Shown here piece by piece: positions 7,396 to 16,955 of a DNA stretch of 64,000 nt. Every line of letters starts with the position of its first letter. Positions within the stretch are counted from its first letter, which is position 1. The notes beneath the pieces are model-generated. The model searched no databases and was not told where the DNA came from. It saw only the letters and a list, made by a program, of their open reading frames with translations. Where the stretch lies: IMG/VR virus record IMGVR_UViG_3300032290_001086; one strand, written 5' to 3'. The DNA is from a virus. Its lineage: Duplodnaviria > Caudoviricetes. The position numbers were made by a program, and so were the translations under genes.

Positions 7396-8274
7396 ATGAT
7401 ACTAGTTGATATGAATCAGTGCATGATTAGTAACTTAATGATGCAGATTAAAATTGATGATGAACTTGATGAAAATATGGTTCGCCATATGGTTTTAACA
7501 TCAGTTAAGTCATACAAGAAAAAGTTCAGTGCTGAATATGGAAAATTAGTTCTTTGCTACGATAGTAAGCATTATTGGAGAAAAGAATTTTTTCCGTACT
7601 ATAAACAAAACAGAAAAAAAGATAGAGAAAAATCATCACATAATTGGTCTCAAATTTTTGATATTCTCAATAAAATAAGAGACGAAATACGTGATAACTT
7701 TCCATACATTGTGATGGAAAGTTATGGTGCAGAAGCAGATGATATAATAGCAACTCTATCTAAATATACTTCAATCAAGAATATTAAATTACAAAAACAA
7801 GATATTCCTATAGAAAAGGTTCTAATACTTTCTGGCGATAAAGATTTTATCCAATTAAAAAAATATCCTTGTGTTTCTCAATATAATCCGCTACAGAAAA
7901 AATATGTCAGTGGAATAGATGCAAAATCTTATATTAAGGAACATATAATCAAGGGAGATAGGTCTGACGGCATTCCAAACTTTTTATCTCCTTCAGATAC
8001 TTTTGTTTCTGGCAAAAGACAGAAACCTATTAGTAAGAAAAATATTGAAAAGTGGATTCAATCTGACCCAGAATCATATTGTAATACTGAACAACTTTCT
8101 AATTATCATAGGAATTTAAAACTTATTGATTTTAGTATGATTCCCAATGAAATTGAAACTAAAATTATTGATGAATACGAACGCTTAAATAGTATTAAGC
8201 CAAACCATTTGTCGATAAATTATTTTATCAGCAACAAATTAGTCACACTATTAAATGAAATGGAGGATTTTTAA
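7396..8274 (+). CDS. rnh: T4-like RNase H (5'-3' exonuclease)
   Basis: MILVD, YWRK…YKQNR, EADDII, SGDKDFIQL, GDRSDGIPN. Confidence 0.95.
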   Translation: MILVDMNQCMISNLMMQIKIDDELDENMVRHMVLTSVKSYKKKFSAEYGKLVLCYDSKHYWRKEFFPYYKQNRKKDREKSSHNWSQIFDILNKIRDEIRDNFPYIVMESYGAEADDIIATLSKYTSIKNIKLQKQDIPIEKVLILSGDKDFIQLKKYPCVSQYNPLQKKYVSGIDAKSYIKEHIIKGDRSDGIPNFLSPSDTFVSGKRQKPISKKNIEKWIQSDPESYCNTEQLSNYHRNLKLIDFSMIPNEIETKIIDEYERLNSIKPNHLSINYFISNKLVTLLNEMEDF

Positions 8275-8277
8275 ACC

Positions 8278-8730
8278 ATGGCTGAATTACCAGTTGAGAG
8301 ACTTCTTTTATCAGAAGTTCTACAAAAAATTTCTAACGCAAAAACAAAAGCAGAAAAAGTAGCTCTACTACAGAAGTATAAAACACCTGCACTACAATCT
8401 ATTCTTATTTGGAATTTTGATGATAGTGTAAAGTCTTTACTTCCTGAAGGCGATGTTCCATACACTGTAAATGAAGCTCCAGTAGATACTGAGCATACAA
8501 GACTTCTACATGAATATAGAACTCTTTATAACTTTGTAAAGGGTGGAAATGATGGTCTACCTAATTCAAAACGAGAGACCATGTTTATTCAACTTTTAGA
8601 AAGTCTTCATAAAGATGAAGCTGCGGTTATTTGCTTAGTCAAAGATAAAAAATTAGGCAAGAGATATAAAATTACCAAGAATGCTATAGAAGAAGCATAT
8701 CCAGAAATTCAGTGGGGAAATAGGTCGTGA
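8278..8730 (+). CDS. Conserved T4-like phage hypothetical protein
   Basis: LPEGDVPY, KRETMFIQLLESLH; follows rnh. Confidence 0.8.
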   Translation: MAELPVERLLLSEVLQKISNAKTKAEKVALLQKYKTPALQSILIWNFDDSVKSLLPEGDVPYTVNEAPVDTEHTRLLHEYRTLYNFVKGGNDGLPNSKRETMFIQLLESLHKDEAAVICLVKDKKLGKRYKITKNAIEEAYPEIQWGNRS

Positions 8731-8731
8731 C

Positions 8732-8989
8732 ATGTGTAAAATCGTACATCAAGATTGCAATAAATCTCTAGCAAAAGATAAAACCCTTCCATTGAATTCT
8801 TATATTGTCACATACGTACTTGACAATGAGACAAAATATGATATAGTAGTATGTAACAAACGAGCACAAATCTTTGACCTGTATTGGGATACGTACCGAG
8901 AAGGTCTAAAAGATATTCGTTGGACTGATGGAAAAGTCAACCCAAAATTTTGGGGAGTTGAACCAAAAGAAACTAAAAAGAAAAAGTAA
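8732..8989 (+). CDS. Hypothetical cyanophage protein
   Basis: ORF track, operonic spacing. Confidence 0.75.
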   Translation: MCKIVHQDCNKSLAKDKTLPLNSYIVTYVLDNETKYDIVVCNKRAQIFDLYWDTYREGLKDIRWTDGKVNPKFWGVEPKETKKKK

Positions 8990-8991
8990 TT

Positions 8992-9744
8992 ATGAAACCA
9001 ATTAAAGCAAAAGACCTACTTGAACTTGATACAAGACTTGAAGTTGTAAAACTTCAAGGATATCCAATTCCAGAACAAGTCATTTGGCAAGCAGGTAAAG
9101 GTGATTATTCTGAAGTTCCTATTCATACAGTGAAGGTTCCTCCCAACCAAGAATGCGGTGAGTGGATTGTTGAACAACTACTTGCAAACGAACGTGGACA
9201 TTGGGGACCTATTGAGCATCCTCAGATTACATTTTCTTGTGCTGGCTTTGTTCACAATGTAATTGTTCAAGCAAGAACTCATCGTATTGGAACAAGTTGG
9301 GATGTTCAATCTCAGCGATACACTGGAAAACGTGTAGTTAAAGTTGCTAACGGTCAACTTCCTATTGAAGATGTATTTTATGTTCGCCCAGAAGGTTTCT
9401 ATACCAATCGTAAAGGGAAGAAATATGAATGGACTCAAGAACATAGAGCGAGAAAACTTGGACGTATTCTAAGTGAATGTCAAGAGTATGCTGAGTATTA
9501 TGAGCAAGGAATGTGTGAAGAGCATATTCGTGACTACCTTCCTCAAGCAATCCGTCAAAACTTTGTAGTGTCCTTTAACCTTCGTTCTATGCTTCACTTT
9601 ATGGACCTTCGTTCTAAGCTTGATGCTCAAGTTGAAATTCAAGCATTATGTGATGCATTTATCCCTGAGCTTGAGAAGTGGGCTCCCAACGTCTGGAAAT
9701 ATTATGAAGAAAAACGTCTGCATAGGGCACGGCTGAGTCCCTGA
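8992..9744 (+). CDS. thyX: FAD-dependent thymidylate synthase
   Basis: GHWGPIEH, RTHR…QSQRY signature, NLRS…FMDLR…AQVEI. Confidence 0.95.
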   Translation: MKPIKAKDLLELDTRLEVVKLQGYPIPEQVIWQAGKGDYSEVPIHTVKVPPNQECGEWIVEQLLANERGHWGPIEHPQITFSCAGFVHNVIVQARTHRIGTSWDVQSQRYTGKRVVKVANGQLPIEDVFYVRPEGFYTNRKGKKYEWTQEHRARKLGRILSECQEYAEYYEQGMCEEHIRDYLPQAIRQNFVVSFNLRSMLHFMDLRSKLDAQVEIQALCDAFIPELEKWAPNVWKYYEEKRLHRARLSP

Positions 9745-9774
9745 TGCTATACTAGAATTATCTAAACTTACATT

Positions 9775-10323
9775 ATGAACATCTTTTATTTGAATTACAA
9801 TCCAGTTGTGTGTGCTCAAGAGCATTGTGATAAGCATGTTGTTAAAATGATTGTTGAATATGCACAACTTCTTTCTACCGCTCATCGAGTTCTTGACGGT
9901 ATTGGTTATGTTGAACTTTCTGAAAAGAATCGTAAAGTCAAACGATTCAAACTCGATGAACCACGAGAATCAAATCTCTATAAAGCTTGTCATATTAACC
10001 ACCCTTCTGCTGTCTGGGCTAGGAGTTCTAAATCACATTACAAGTGGCTATACGAACTCTTTGAACAGTGCTGTATTGAATACACCAGGAGATATGGCAA
10101 GTTTCATGCTACTGAATCTTTGAGAGCATATCTAAAATATTCTCCCAATAATCTTCCTGACTTTGGTTGGCAAGACCCCCCTCCTGCCATGCCCGATAAA
10201 TACAAAGTAGCTGATTCAATTCAGTCTTACAAAAATTATTACATTGGGGACAAAGTTTCATTTGCGAAATGGAAATCTCCATCAACAATTCCTGAATGGT
10301 TTAAAACAAATGCCAACATATAG
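9775..10323 (+). CDS. Pyrimidine-dimer DNA glycosylase (endonuclease V)-like protein
   Basis: MNIFYL…HCDKHVVKMIVEYAQLLSTAH, NHPSAVW, AMPDKYK. Confidence 0.7.
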   Translation: MNIFYLNYNPVVCAQEHCDKHVVKMIVEYAQLLSTAHRVLDGIGYVELSEKNRKVKRFKLDEPRESNLYKACHINHPSAVWARSSKSHYKWLYELFEQCCIEYTRRYGKFHATESLRAYLKYSPNNLPDFGWQDPPPAMPDKYKVADSIQSYKNYYIGDKVSFAKWKSPSTIPEWFKTNANI

Positions 10324-10540
10324 ATTTAGAGATAATAACACGGGTGAACATTTTGATAAATGGATGTACATGGCTGAACGAGAAACGTACTTGGCGGAAA
10401 ATCCTCACCTTACACAAGTCCCCACAGGACTTAATGTAGTTGGTGGGGTTGGAGAAATGAAAAACCAAGCTCCAGATACTTTTAAAGACGTTCTTCGTCG
10501 CATCAAATCAAACCATGCACATTCAACTATAGACGTATGA
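10310..10540 (+). CDS. FmdB-like small regulatory protein (start MPTY at 10310)
   Basis: MPTYRF N-terminus; precedes phoH as in T4-like phages. Confidence 0.7.
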   Translation: MPTYRFRDNNTGEHFDKWMYMAERETYLAENPHLTQVPTGLNVVGGVGEMKNQAPDTFKDVLRRIKSNHAHSTIDV

Positions 10541-11292
10541 CCAGTTCACGCAGAAGAAAACCCGACCAATCATTTGCTGATATTCCAGCTAAAAAAATGA
10601 GAAGAAAAAGACCAATTGATAATGAGCACATGAGGAATATTTCTCCTCTTACTCCAGCTCAAGAAAAGGTATTTGAGGAATATTCTAATGAAAAGAATCT
10701 TTTTCTTTATGGTGCTGCAGGCACTGGTAAAACTTTCGTTAGTTTATATCTTGCTCTCAAGGATGTCTTGAATGAAAAAACTCCATATGACAAAGTTTAT
10801 ATGGTTCGTTCTTTAGTATCCACTAGAGAAATTGGATTTCTTCCTGGAGACCATGAAGACAAGTCAAGTCTTTATCAAATTCCATATAAGAACATGGTGA
10901 AGTACATGTTTGAAATGCCAGATGAAGCATCGTTTGAAGCTTTATACGGCAATCTCAAAGGTCAAGGAACAATTAGTTTCTGGAGTACTTCTTTTATTCG
11001 TGGTACAACACTTGACAACTGTGTTATAATTGTAGATGAAAGTCAGAATCTTAACTTCCATGAGTTAGATTCGATTATCACTCGTGTTGGTCAGGACACT
11101 AAAATTATTTTCTGTGGCGATGTAAATCAAACAGACTTAATTAAAACCAACGAAAGAAATGGCATTTTAAATTTTATGAGTATTCTTCAAACAATGGAAG
11201 AATTTTCTATGATTGAATTTGGTATTGAAGATATCGTTCGTTCTGGTCTTATCAAGAGTTATCTAATTAGTAAAATGAATTTAGGACTGTAA
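10537..11292 (+). CDS. phoH: PhoH-family ATPase
   Basis: GAAGTGKT, IGFLPG, FIRGTT, DESQN, GDVNQTDL. Confidence 0.95.
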   Translation: MTSSRRRKPDQSFADIPAKKMRRKRPIDNEHMRNISPLTPAQEKVFEEYSNEKNLFLYGAAGTGKTFVSLYLALKDVLNEKTPYDKVYMVRSLVSTREIGFLPGDHEDKSSLYQIPYKNMVKYMFEMPDEASFEALYGNLKGQGTISFWSTSFIRGTTLDNCVIIVDESQNLNFHELDSIITRVGQDTKIIFCGDVNQTDLIKTNERNGILNFMSILQTMEEFSMIEFGIEDIVRSGLIKSYLISKMNLGL

Positions 11293-11960
11293 TGTTTGTA
11301 CATTTAAATAATGCTTCTTTGATTGATTTACAAGCTGAAACAACAGGTAACGGAAGGTACTATGTCACCCCTGCAGGTGATAAGTATCCTTCCGTTACTA
11401 CTGTTATTGGGGCAAAATCAAAAAAATCTATTCTCCAATGGAGAAAAAGAGTAGGAGAAAAAGAAGCTAATCGTATTTCTTCCAGAGCTGCACTTAGGGG
11501 AACTAATCTTCATCTAATAAATGAAGATTACCTAAATAATATATTCAATGAAGAGAAGTACAAGGATAAAGTGCTTCCTCTATACATGTTTAAATGTTTA
11601 AAACCTTTTCTAGATAAAATTAATAATATCCATACTCTAGAGGGGGCATTGTATAGCGATAAATTAAAGCTTGCTGGAAGAGTCGATTGCATTGCAGAAT
11701 ACGAGAATGAGCTTGCAATTATAGATTTCAAAACATCTACTGAACCAAAGAAGCGAGAATGGATTGACAATTACATAGCTCAGGAATGTGCATACGCAAT
11801 GATGTATTATGAACGTACTGGGATTAAAGTAAAGAAACTCGTAACTCTAATTGCATGTGAGGATGGAGAAATTCAAGTCTTTCAGGAATATGACATTAAG
11901 AAATATATGAGCGTGTTATTAGATTACATTAGAGAATGGAAAATGCAAACTAATCCCTAG
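11292..11960 (+). CDS. PD-(D/E)xK exonuclease
   Basis: YPSVTTV, RGTNLH, AGRVDCI…IIDFKTS, Q..AYA. Confidence 0.9.
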   Translation: MFVHLNNASLIDLQAETTGNGRYYVTPAGDKYPSVTTVIGAKSKKSILQWRKRVGEKEANRISSRAALRGTNLHLINEDYLNNIFNEEKYKDKVLPLYMFKCLKPFLDKINNIHTLEGALYSDKLKLAGRVDCIAEYENELAIIDFKTSTEPKKREWIDNYIAQECAYAMMYYERTGIKVKKLVTLIACEDGEIQVFQEYDIKKYMSVLLDYIREWKMQTNP

Positions 11961-11966
11961 GTTCTA

Positions 11967-12272
11967 ATGGAGAATACAAAACAAATAAAATTAAAACAAC
12001 CTGTTATTCCTAACACTGAAACTTTTGAACAATTTATTGAAGACAAATTTATGACAGCTACAAAATTTTCTATGGAAGTTGAAGAAATTGTTCGCTCTAA
12101 TCAGGGCGGACTTAATTATATTGAAGCAGTTCTTGTTTACTGCGAAAAATATAATATTGAATTGGAGAACGTGTCAAAATTAATTTCAAAACCGTTAAAG
12201 GAAAAAATTAAAGTTGATGCACAACGAATGAACTTTATGAAAAAATCATCGAGAGCAAGACTTCCTCTATGA
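11967..12272 (+). CDS. gp33: Late-transcription co-activator gp33
   Basis: FSMEVE…YIEAV..YCE…LISKPLKEKI…A..MNF…LPL; synteny with 59 and 32. Confidence 0.85.
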   Translation: MENTKQIKLKQPVIPNTETFEQFIEDKFMTATKFSMEVEEIVRSNQGGLNYIEAVLVYCEKYNIELENVSKLISKPLKEKIKVDAQRMNFMKKSSRARLPL

Positions 12273-12853
12273 ATGGTTTTGAAGTTTATAGATTATATCT
12301 ATCTATAAAATTACATTTTACAAAAGAAGATTTTGATTTTTTTCTATGTAACGGAAAAGCTAGAGCATCAGTTCAATCTTTTGAAAAAAGAAAAGATTGT
12401 TATTTTTTTAAAAAGTTAGCAACAAAATTTTCAAGGGATGAACTCATCCAATATTTTGTTGCTAACTTTATTGATAATGAGCATACTTGGATTGGAAGTA
12501 TTTCAAAGATTGAAAATTCTAAAGTTTATCCTACTTGGAAAAAAAGAATTCAAAGTATGTCATTTATCTTTGAGAGTGAGATTATAGAATTATTAAATGA
12601 ACATAGCTTTGAAGATATATTTACAGTTACTGGTACACACCCACCATTAATAACAAAATATATGTCTGGAAGAGTGAGTTTAGAAACTCTTGTTATATTA
12701 AATAAGTTATTAAATTACATTCCTGATTTTAATAAAAAAATAACTGAGCCTATTATATGGCCAGATTTAAAAAGAAAGGTAGTAAAATACGAACCTTTCA
12801 TATCTATAGAGAGAACTAAATACAAGAAGATACTCTTAGATAAAGTAAATTAA
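12269..12853 (+). CDS. gp59: Helicase loader gp59
   Basis: YLSIKLHFT..YD/FDFF…F.KRKD.YFF.KL; SLETLVIL. Confidence 0.9.
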   Translation: MNGFEVYRLYLSIKLHFTKEDFDFFLCNGKARASVQSFEKRKDCYFFKKLATKFSRDELIQYFVANFIDNEHTWIGSISKIENSKVYPTWKKRIQSMSFIFESEIIELLNEHSFEDIFTVTGTHPPLITKYMSGRVSLETLVILNKLLNYIPDFNKKITEPIIWPDLKRKVVKYEPFISIERTKYKKILLDKVN

Positions 12854-13188
12854 TGTCTTTCTTTGAACAAGATTTAATTAAAAGTGAGTTAGAAGAAATG
12901 ATGAATCTCTACATGGAGATACGTGAAAGCTTGGCTAACCCATTGAGTCAAACATTAGAAACTAAAAAAGAGTGTCTAGGTAAATTAGAGAGATTGGTAG
13001 AGTTACAAGAATTATTATACTTTAGAGCAAAATATTCAGAAGATTCTGAAGCAAAAGAATTTGCATCTACATTGAGAGACTCTGCAGTATTCTTAGGAAT
13101 ACCTCCAGGAACTGATTTGTCTGAAATATTTACACATATGAAACAAGACATCGCCAGTGCTCTGGAGAAGCTTGACAAGCCGACCTAA
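12853..13188 (+). CDS. Conserved cyanophage helical protein
   Basis: MSFFEQ…; sits between 59 and 32. Confidence 0.75.
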   Translation: MSFFEQDLIKSELEEMMNLYMEIRESLANPLSQTLETKKECLGKLERLVELQELLYFRAKYSEDSEAKEFASTLRDSAVFLGIPPGTDLSEIFTHMKQDIASALEKLDKPT

Positions 13189-13269
13189 CCCTGCTATACT
13201 AGTCATGTATTCGGTGGACAACGCTGAATCCAAACAATCCAATTAATCCAACTAATACGGAGAATCCAA
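13172..13269 (+). promoter_or_regulatory. Gene 32 promoter and probable autogenous translational operator
   Basis: TTGACA 13172-13177, 17 nt, TATACT 13195-13200; hairpin 13209-13229; AATCCAA repeats. Confidence 0.75.
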
Positions 13270-14163
13270 ATGTCATTTGCAACTCTAAAGCGTAATTCAT
13301 CTTCAGTCTTTGATAAGCTAACTAAAGAGATTGAAAAAAGTGCTTCATCTGAAGGTGGTTCAGATGAACGTCTCTGGAAGCCAGAAGTAGACAAAGCTGG
13401 AAATGGTTATGCTGTAATTCGATTCCTACCTGCTACAGAAGAAGGTGGTATTCCCTGGGCCAAACTATACTCCCATGCATTCCAAGGTCCTGGTGGATGG
13501 TATATCGAAAACTCACTCACCACACTAAATCAGAAAGACCCAGTAGGAGAACTCAATCGCCAGCTCTGGAATAGTGGTAGTGAAAAGGATAAAGAAACTG
13601 CACGTAAGCAGAAGCGTAAGCTGTCATACTACAGCAATATCTACGTACTAAAAGACCCTGCAAATCCAGATAACGAAGGTAAAGTATTTCTATACAAGTA
13701 CGGCAAGAAGATTCACGATAAAATCATCGAAGCAATGCAACCAGCATTTGCAGATGAAACTCCAGTAAACCCATTTGACCTTTGGGATGGTGCTGATTTC
13801 AAACTAAAGATTCGTAAGGTAGATGGCTATTGGAATTATGATAAGTCTGAGTTTGCATCTACTGGAACTCTAGGTAACTTTGACGATGACCAACTAGAAA
13901 AAATCTACAACAAGATTCATACTCTTGAAGAGTTTACTTCTGGAAGTAACTTCAAAACTTACGAAGAACTAGAGCGTAGGCTTCAATCAGTTCTAAGTCC
14001 TTCTAAGGTATCCGCATTTAAAGCTGATGCCGAAACAATGGAGGAAGAGGAACAAATGGTAGAAGAAGTCTCTCGTCCAACTGTAGCTTCTCGTGTAAGC
14101 TCTACTAATGATGATGAAGATGATACCCTAAGTTACTTCGCTCGACTAGCTGAAGAAGACTGA
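13270..14163 (+). CDS. gp32: Single-stranded DNA-binding protein gp32
   Basis: GNGYAVIRFLP, GGWYIENS, FLYKYGKKI, GADFKLKI…NYDKSEF, acidic tail. Confidence 0.97.
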   Translation: MSFATLKRNSSSVFDKLTKEIEKSASSEGGSDERLWKPEVDKAGNGYAVIRFLPATEEGGIPWAKLYSHAFQGPGGWYIENSLTTLNQKDPVGELNRQLWNSGSEKDKETARKQKRKLSYYSNIYVLKDPANPDNEGKVFLYKYGKKIHDKIIEAMQPAFADETPVNPFDLWDGADFKLKIRKVDGYWNYDKSEFASTGTLGNFDDDQLEKIYNKIHTLEEFTSGSNFKTYEELERRLQSVLSPSKVSAFKADAETMEEEEQMVEEVSRPTVASRVSSTNDDEDDTLSYFARLAEED

Positions 14164-14181
14164 ATTAATTAGTAAAACAAT

Positions 14182-14206
14182 GGGGGGCGTAAGCCCCCCT
14201 TTTTTT
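14182..14206 (+). terminator. Intrinsic terminator between convergent gp32 and gp53
   Basis: GGGGGGC-GTAA-GCCCCCC then T-run. Confidence 0.9.
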
Positions 14207-14888
14207 ATTTTATATCTGGAAGTCTGACACCAAGTTCATCTATATTATACTCAGTATCATATGCAAATAGTTTTGCAATTTCTTCTTTCATCTTTGTTAG
14301 ATATTTTTTTTGAATTAAAAATATATCTTTTTTATTTTCATTTTTATCATATTCAAATTCTCTGAATGTAACTCTACGTAATACTTGGGGAGCTGCTAAA
14401 GTTTTAACAACTTGACCATCTTTAAATGTAAATGTGTACTGGTTTCCCCTTGAGTCTTTTGGATAATAATTAGGATTATTTTGTTCTGTTCTACCTTCGT
14501 TCAGTTCAATGATAACTCCACCAGGAAGAACTACTGCTCCAGCAGTATTTTTAATCTGAAAGGTTTCCCAATGTTTGATATTATTTTGTCTTGGACCATA
14601 TTGCTTTTCTATTGAAACATCTAATTCGACCGCATCAACTGGCCAATCATTGTTAATATCAATAATATTATTTAAAAGTAAAATAGTCCAATACCATTCT
14701 GTAGATCCATACTTATCATATGAGATAGATTCTGGAGTTTCTCCATCTTTGATAGTATATTTAAATGAGTTAATGTATAACGCATTTATGTTATCTCTAA
14801 ATCTTACTCTTCGGAATAAATTTTTTGATAACTTTGCTCCTCCCTTTACTTGAGGATAATAAATGTTTGGCTGTGAATCAAAGAACAT
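14205..14888 (-). CDS. gp53: Baseplate wedge protein gp53
   Basis: Y.IKDGETPESIS…YG…YWTILLLNNI.D…DWP. Confidence 0.88.
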   Translation of the reverse strand: MFFDSQPNIYYPQVKGGAKLSKNLFRRVRFRDNINALYINSFKYTIKDGETPESISYDKYGSTEWYWTILLLNNIIDINNDWPVDAVELDVSIEKQYGPRQNNIKHWETFQIKNTAGAVVLPGGVIIELNEGRTEQNNPNYYPKDSRGNQYTFTFKDGQVVKTLAAPQVLRRVTFREFEYDKNENKKDIFLIQKKYLTKMKEEIAKLFAYDTEYNIDELGVRLPDIK

Positions 14889-14889
14889 T

Positions 14890-15882
14890 TTAGTATCCTC
14901 CCTCTCCTGTTCCGAACTCTGTTACCTCTACACCAGTAATAATTTCTGTTTCTTTGAAGTCTAATGTCAAGTTATATGCAACTGGTGCTGGTCCTAATTT
15001 GTTTGAATAATGTGTAGCCCATACTCCATCTGGAGTGTAATCAATACTTACATTTGTAAGCACACAGGGTTTAATTTTGGGTAAACTTTTAATATCATTA
15101 TTGTTATTATTGTATACCCAATTCAAGTTAAAGATTCTTGGTACAGATAACCATCTGTCACTAAGTTCATTAAATGAGTTTCCTTCTTCTCCTTCAAATG
15201 CAGAAGTTCCACTATAATTAGGGAGTGCATGATATCTTAATGCTTTAATAATATTATCAATTTTAATTTGCTCGGATTCACTTCTAGGAACTAATTTCCA
15301 GGTGAAGTTAAAGTTTCTCATGCTTACTCCGCCGAAAATTTGTTCCTTATATGGATTTAAAACTTTTCCAGCGATACCTTGAGTCAATGCTTCACCACTA
15401 ATACCAATACTTTTTTCACTTAATTGTTTTAATAACATTCCAGCAAGACCATTTTGTGCCAAGGTCTGTAAGTTTGTTCCAATTGCATCCGTATTAGAAT
15501 CGGTAAATCCTTTTGCAATAGAAGGTAAAATCTTTCCAATAGCTCCAATACTTTGCTCTCCCCAATCCATTGAATCTGAGTAATTTACTTTTTCTGGAAT
15601 TGGTAGTAGAATCGTAGCTAAAGATTTTTTTGCTTTTGCTCCAGAAGACAATTGAACATTACTTAGTGTTCCTTTGTAAGAGGAGGATGTCCCTGGAGTG
15701 GAACTGCTAGATTCGGATGCAGCCATTCCTCCCAATCCAGATTGTGTGATTGGAGTGAAGTCTACAATATCAATCTTTAATAGGTCATACTTAGCAACAG
15801 TATCTGGCCAATATAAGTTTTTGAACTGTTGACCTCCTTGACCTTCTGCAGGTGGGGCGTAACTTTTTGAACCAGTACTCAT
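14890..15882 (-). CDS. gp48: Baseplate tail-tube cap gp48
   Basis: ILLPIP, NPYKEQIF.GV.MRNFNFTWKLVPRS..E, CVLTNVSIDYTP, L.F.ETEI. Confidence 0.85.
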   Translation of the reverse strand: MSTGSKSYAPPAEGQGGQQFKNLYWPDTVAKYDLLKIDIVDFTPITQSGLGGMAASESSSSTPGTSSSYKGTLSNVQLSSGAKAKKSLATILLPIPEKVNYSDSMDWGEQSIGAIGKILPSIAKGFTDSNTDAIGTNLQTLAQNGLAGMLLKQLSEKSIGISGEALTQGIAGKVLNPYKEQIFGGVSMRNFNFTWKLVPRSESEQIKIDNIIKALRYHALPNYSGTSAFEGEEGNSFNELSDRWLSVPRIFNLNWVYNNNNNDIKSLPKIKPCVLTNVSIDYTPDGVWATHYSNKLGPAPVAYNLTLDFKETEIITGVEVTEFGTGEGGY

Positions 15883-15927
15883 AAATAGTAGGTATAGATT
15901 GACATTTATAAACTATTTATGAGTACT
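15874..15927. promoter_or_regulatory. Face-to-face late promoters in a perfect 16-bp inverted repeat
   Basis: AGTACTCATAAATAGT 15874-15889 / ACTATTTATGAGTACT 15912-15927; CATAAATA on both strands. Confidence 0.75.
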
Positions 15928-16356
15928 TTAAAGGGAAAATTTTCTCCTAGAAATATTCATAAGTACAGAGGTGATTATAGAAATATAATTTACAGATCTT
16001 CATGGGAACTTAAATTCATGAAGTATTGCGATGAAAGAGCTACTGTACTTGAGTGGGGAAGTGAAGAAATAGTAATTCCTTATAGATCTCCTTTAGATAA
16101 TAGAATTCACAGATATTTTGTCGATTTTTATGTGAAAATAAAAGATTCAAATAATAACATTACAAAATATTTAATTGAGATTAAGCCAAAAAAACAAACA
16201 GTAGAACCAAAGATTTCAAACAGAAAAACAAAAAGTTACATTTATGAAGTAACTGAATACGTAAAAAATCAAGCAAAGTGGTCTGCGGCTGAGGATTTTT
16301 GTCGAGATAGAAATTGGAAGTTTATGATACTCACCGAAAAGGAATTAAAGGTATGA
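15919..16356 (+). CDS. gp4: Head completion protein gp4 (TnsA-endonuclease-like)
   Basis: YRSSWE, WGSEE..IPY, HRYFVDF, IEIKP, NQAKW. Confidence 0.92.
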   Translation: MSTLKGKFSPRNIHKYRGDYRNIIYRSSWELKFMKYCDERATVLEWGSEEIVIPYRSPLDNRIHRYFVDFYVKIKDSNNNITKYLIEIKPKKQTVEPKISNRKTKSYIYEVTEYVKNQAKWSAAEDFCRDRNWKFMILTEKELKV

Positions 16357-16955
16357 CATCATCTTTCAGAAATATGGTTCCACGATCTCCTTCCAATATA
16401 AGAGGAGGAGATAATATAAGTACTGGATTTGGTACTCCAGATCTTAGTGGTAATATTTTTTCAGACGTTAAAAAATTAGCCAGAGGAAGAGAAAGAAGCT
16501 ATTCTTGGTATCGTGATACAATAAGGATGGTTTCTAAGAAAAGTGATATTTACAAAACCTTATCTACTTGTAATGAAACTCTATCTCCAGTTGGAAGTAA
16601 ATTATATTTTTTTGAATATAATGCAACCTGGGCAAAAAAATTAAAGTATTATGATGAGTTTCCTTTAGTATACATGCTCCAGGGGGGACCAAAATTTTTT
16701 GGAGCTAATTTACATTATCTTACATATGCAAGAAGAGTTCAAGTAATAGAAAGTATTTTGAATGGAACACCAACAATTCCTAAACAGTGCTTTCATAATT
16801 ATGTTTATGAAGGTCTTGAAACACCATTATTTGAAATAAATACTGATGATTGGAAAACCGCAATCTTCATACCAAATGAAAGTTTTGTTACAAGGAGAAG
16901 AGGATTGTATCAACGAGTAAGTAAGTCTTTTGTTTGGGGAGATAGTAGCCAATGA
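16353..16955 (+). CDS. gp2: DNA end protector gp2-like (ATG 16353 preferred)
   Basis: YFFEYNA…L.YYDEFPLV…F.GANLHYL. Confidence 0.8.
   Translation: MTSSFRNMVPRSPSNIRGGDNISTGFGTPDLSGNIFSDVKKLARGRERSYSWYRDTIRMVSKKSDIYKTLSTCNETLSPVGSKLYFFEYNATWAKKLKYYDEFPLVYMLQGGPKFFGANLHYLTYARRVQVIESILNGTPTIPKQCFHNYVYEGLETPLFEINTDDWKTAIFIPNESFVTRRRGLYQRVSKSFVWGDSSQ

Noticed and set aside
8992-11292. Inteins or introns in thyX/phoH
   Set aside because: Lengths and motifs are contiguous and normal
11292-11960. Cas4/CRISPR system
   Set aside because: Standard T4-like phage exonuclease in core synteny; no repeat-spacer array or other cas genes seen
15919-16356. TnsA transposase / Tn7 element
   Set aside because: It is gp4 head completion protein in its normal context
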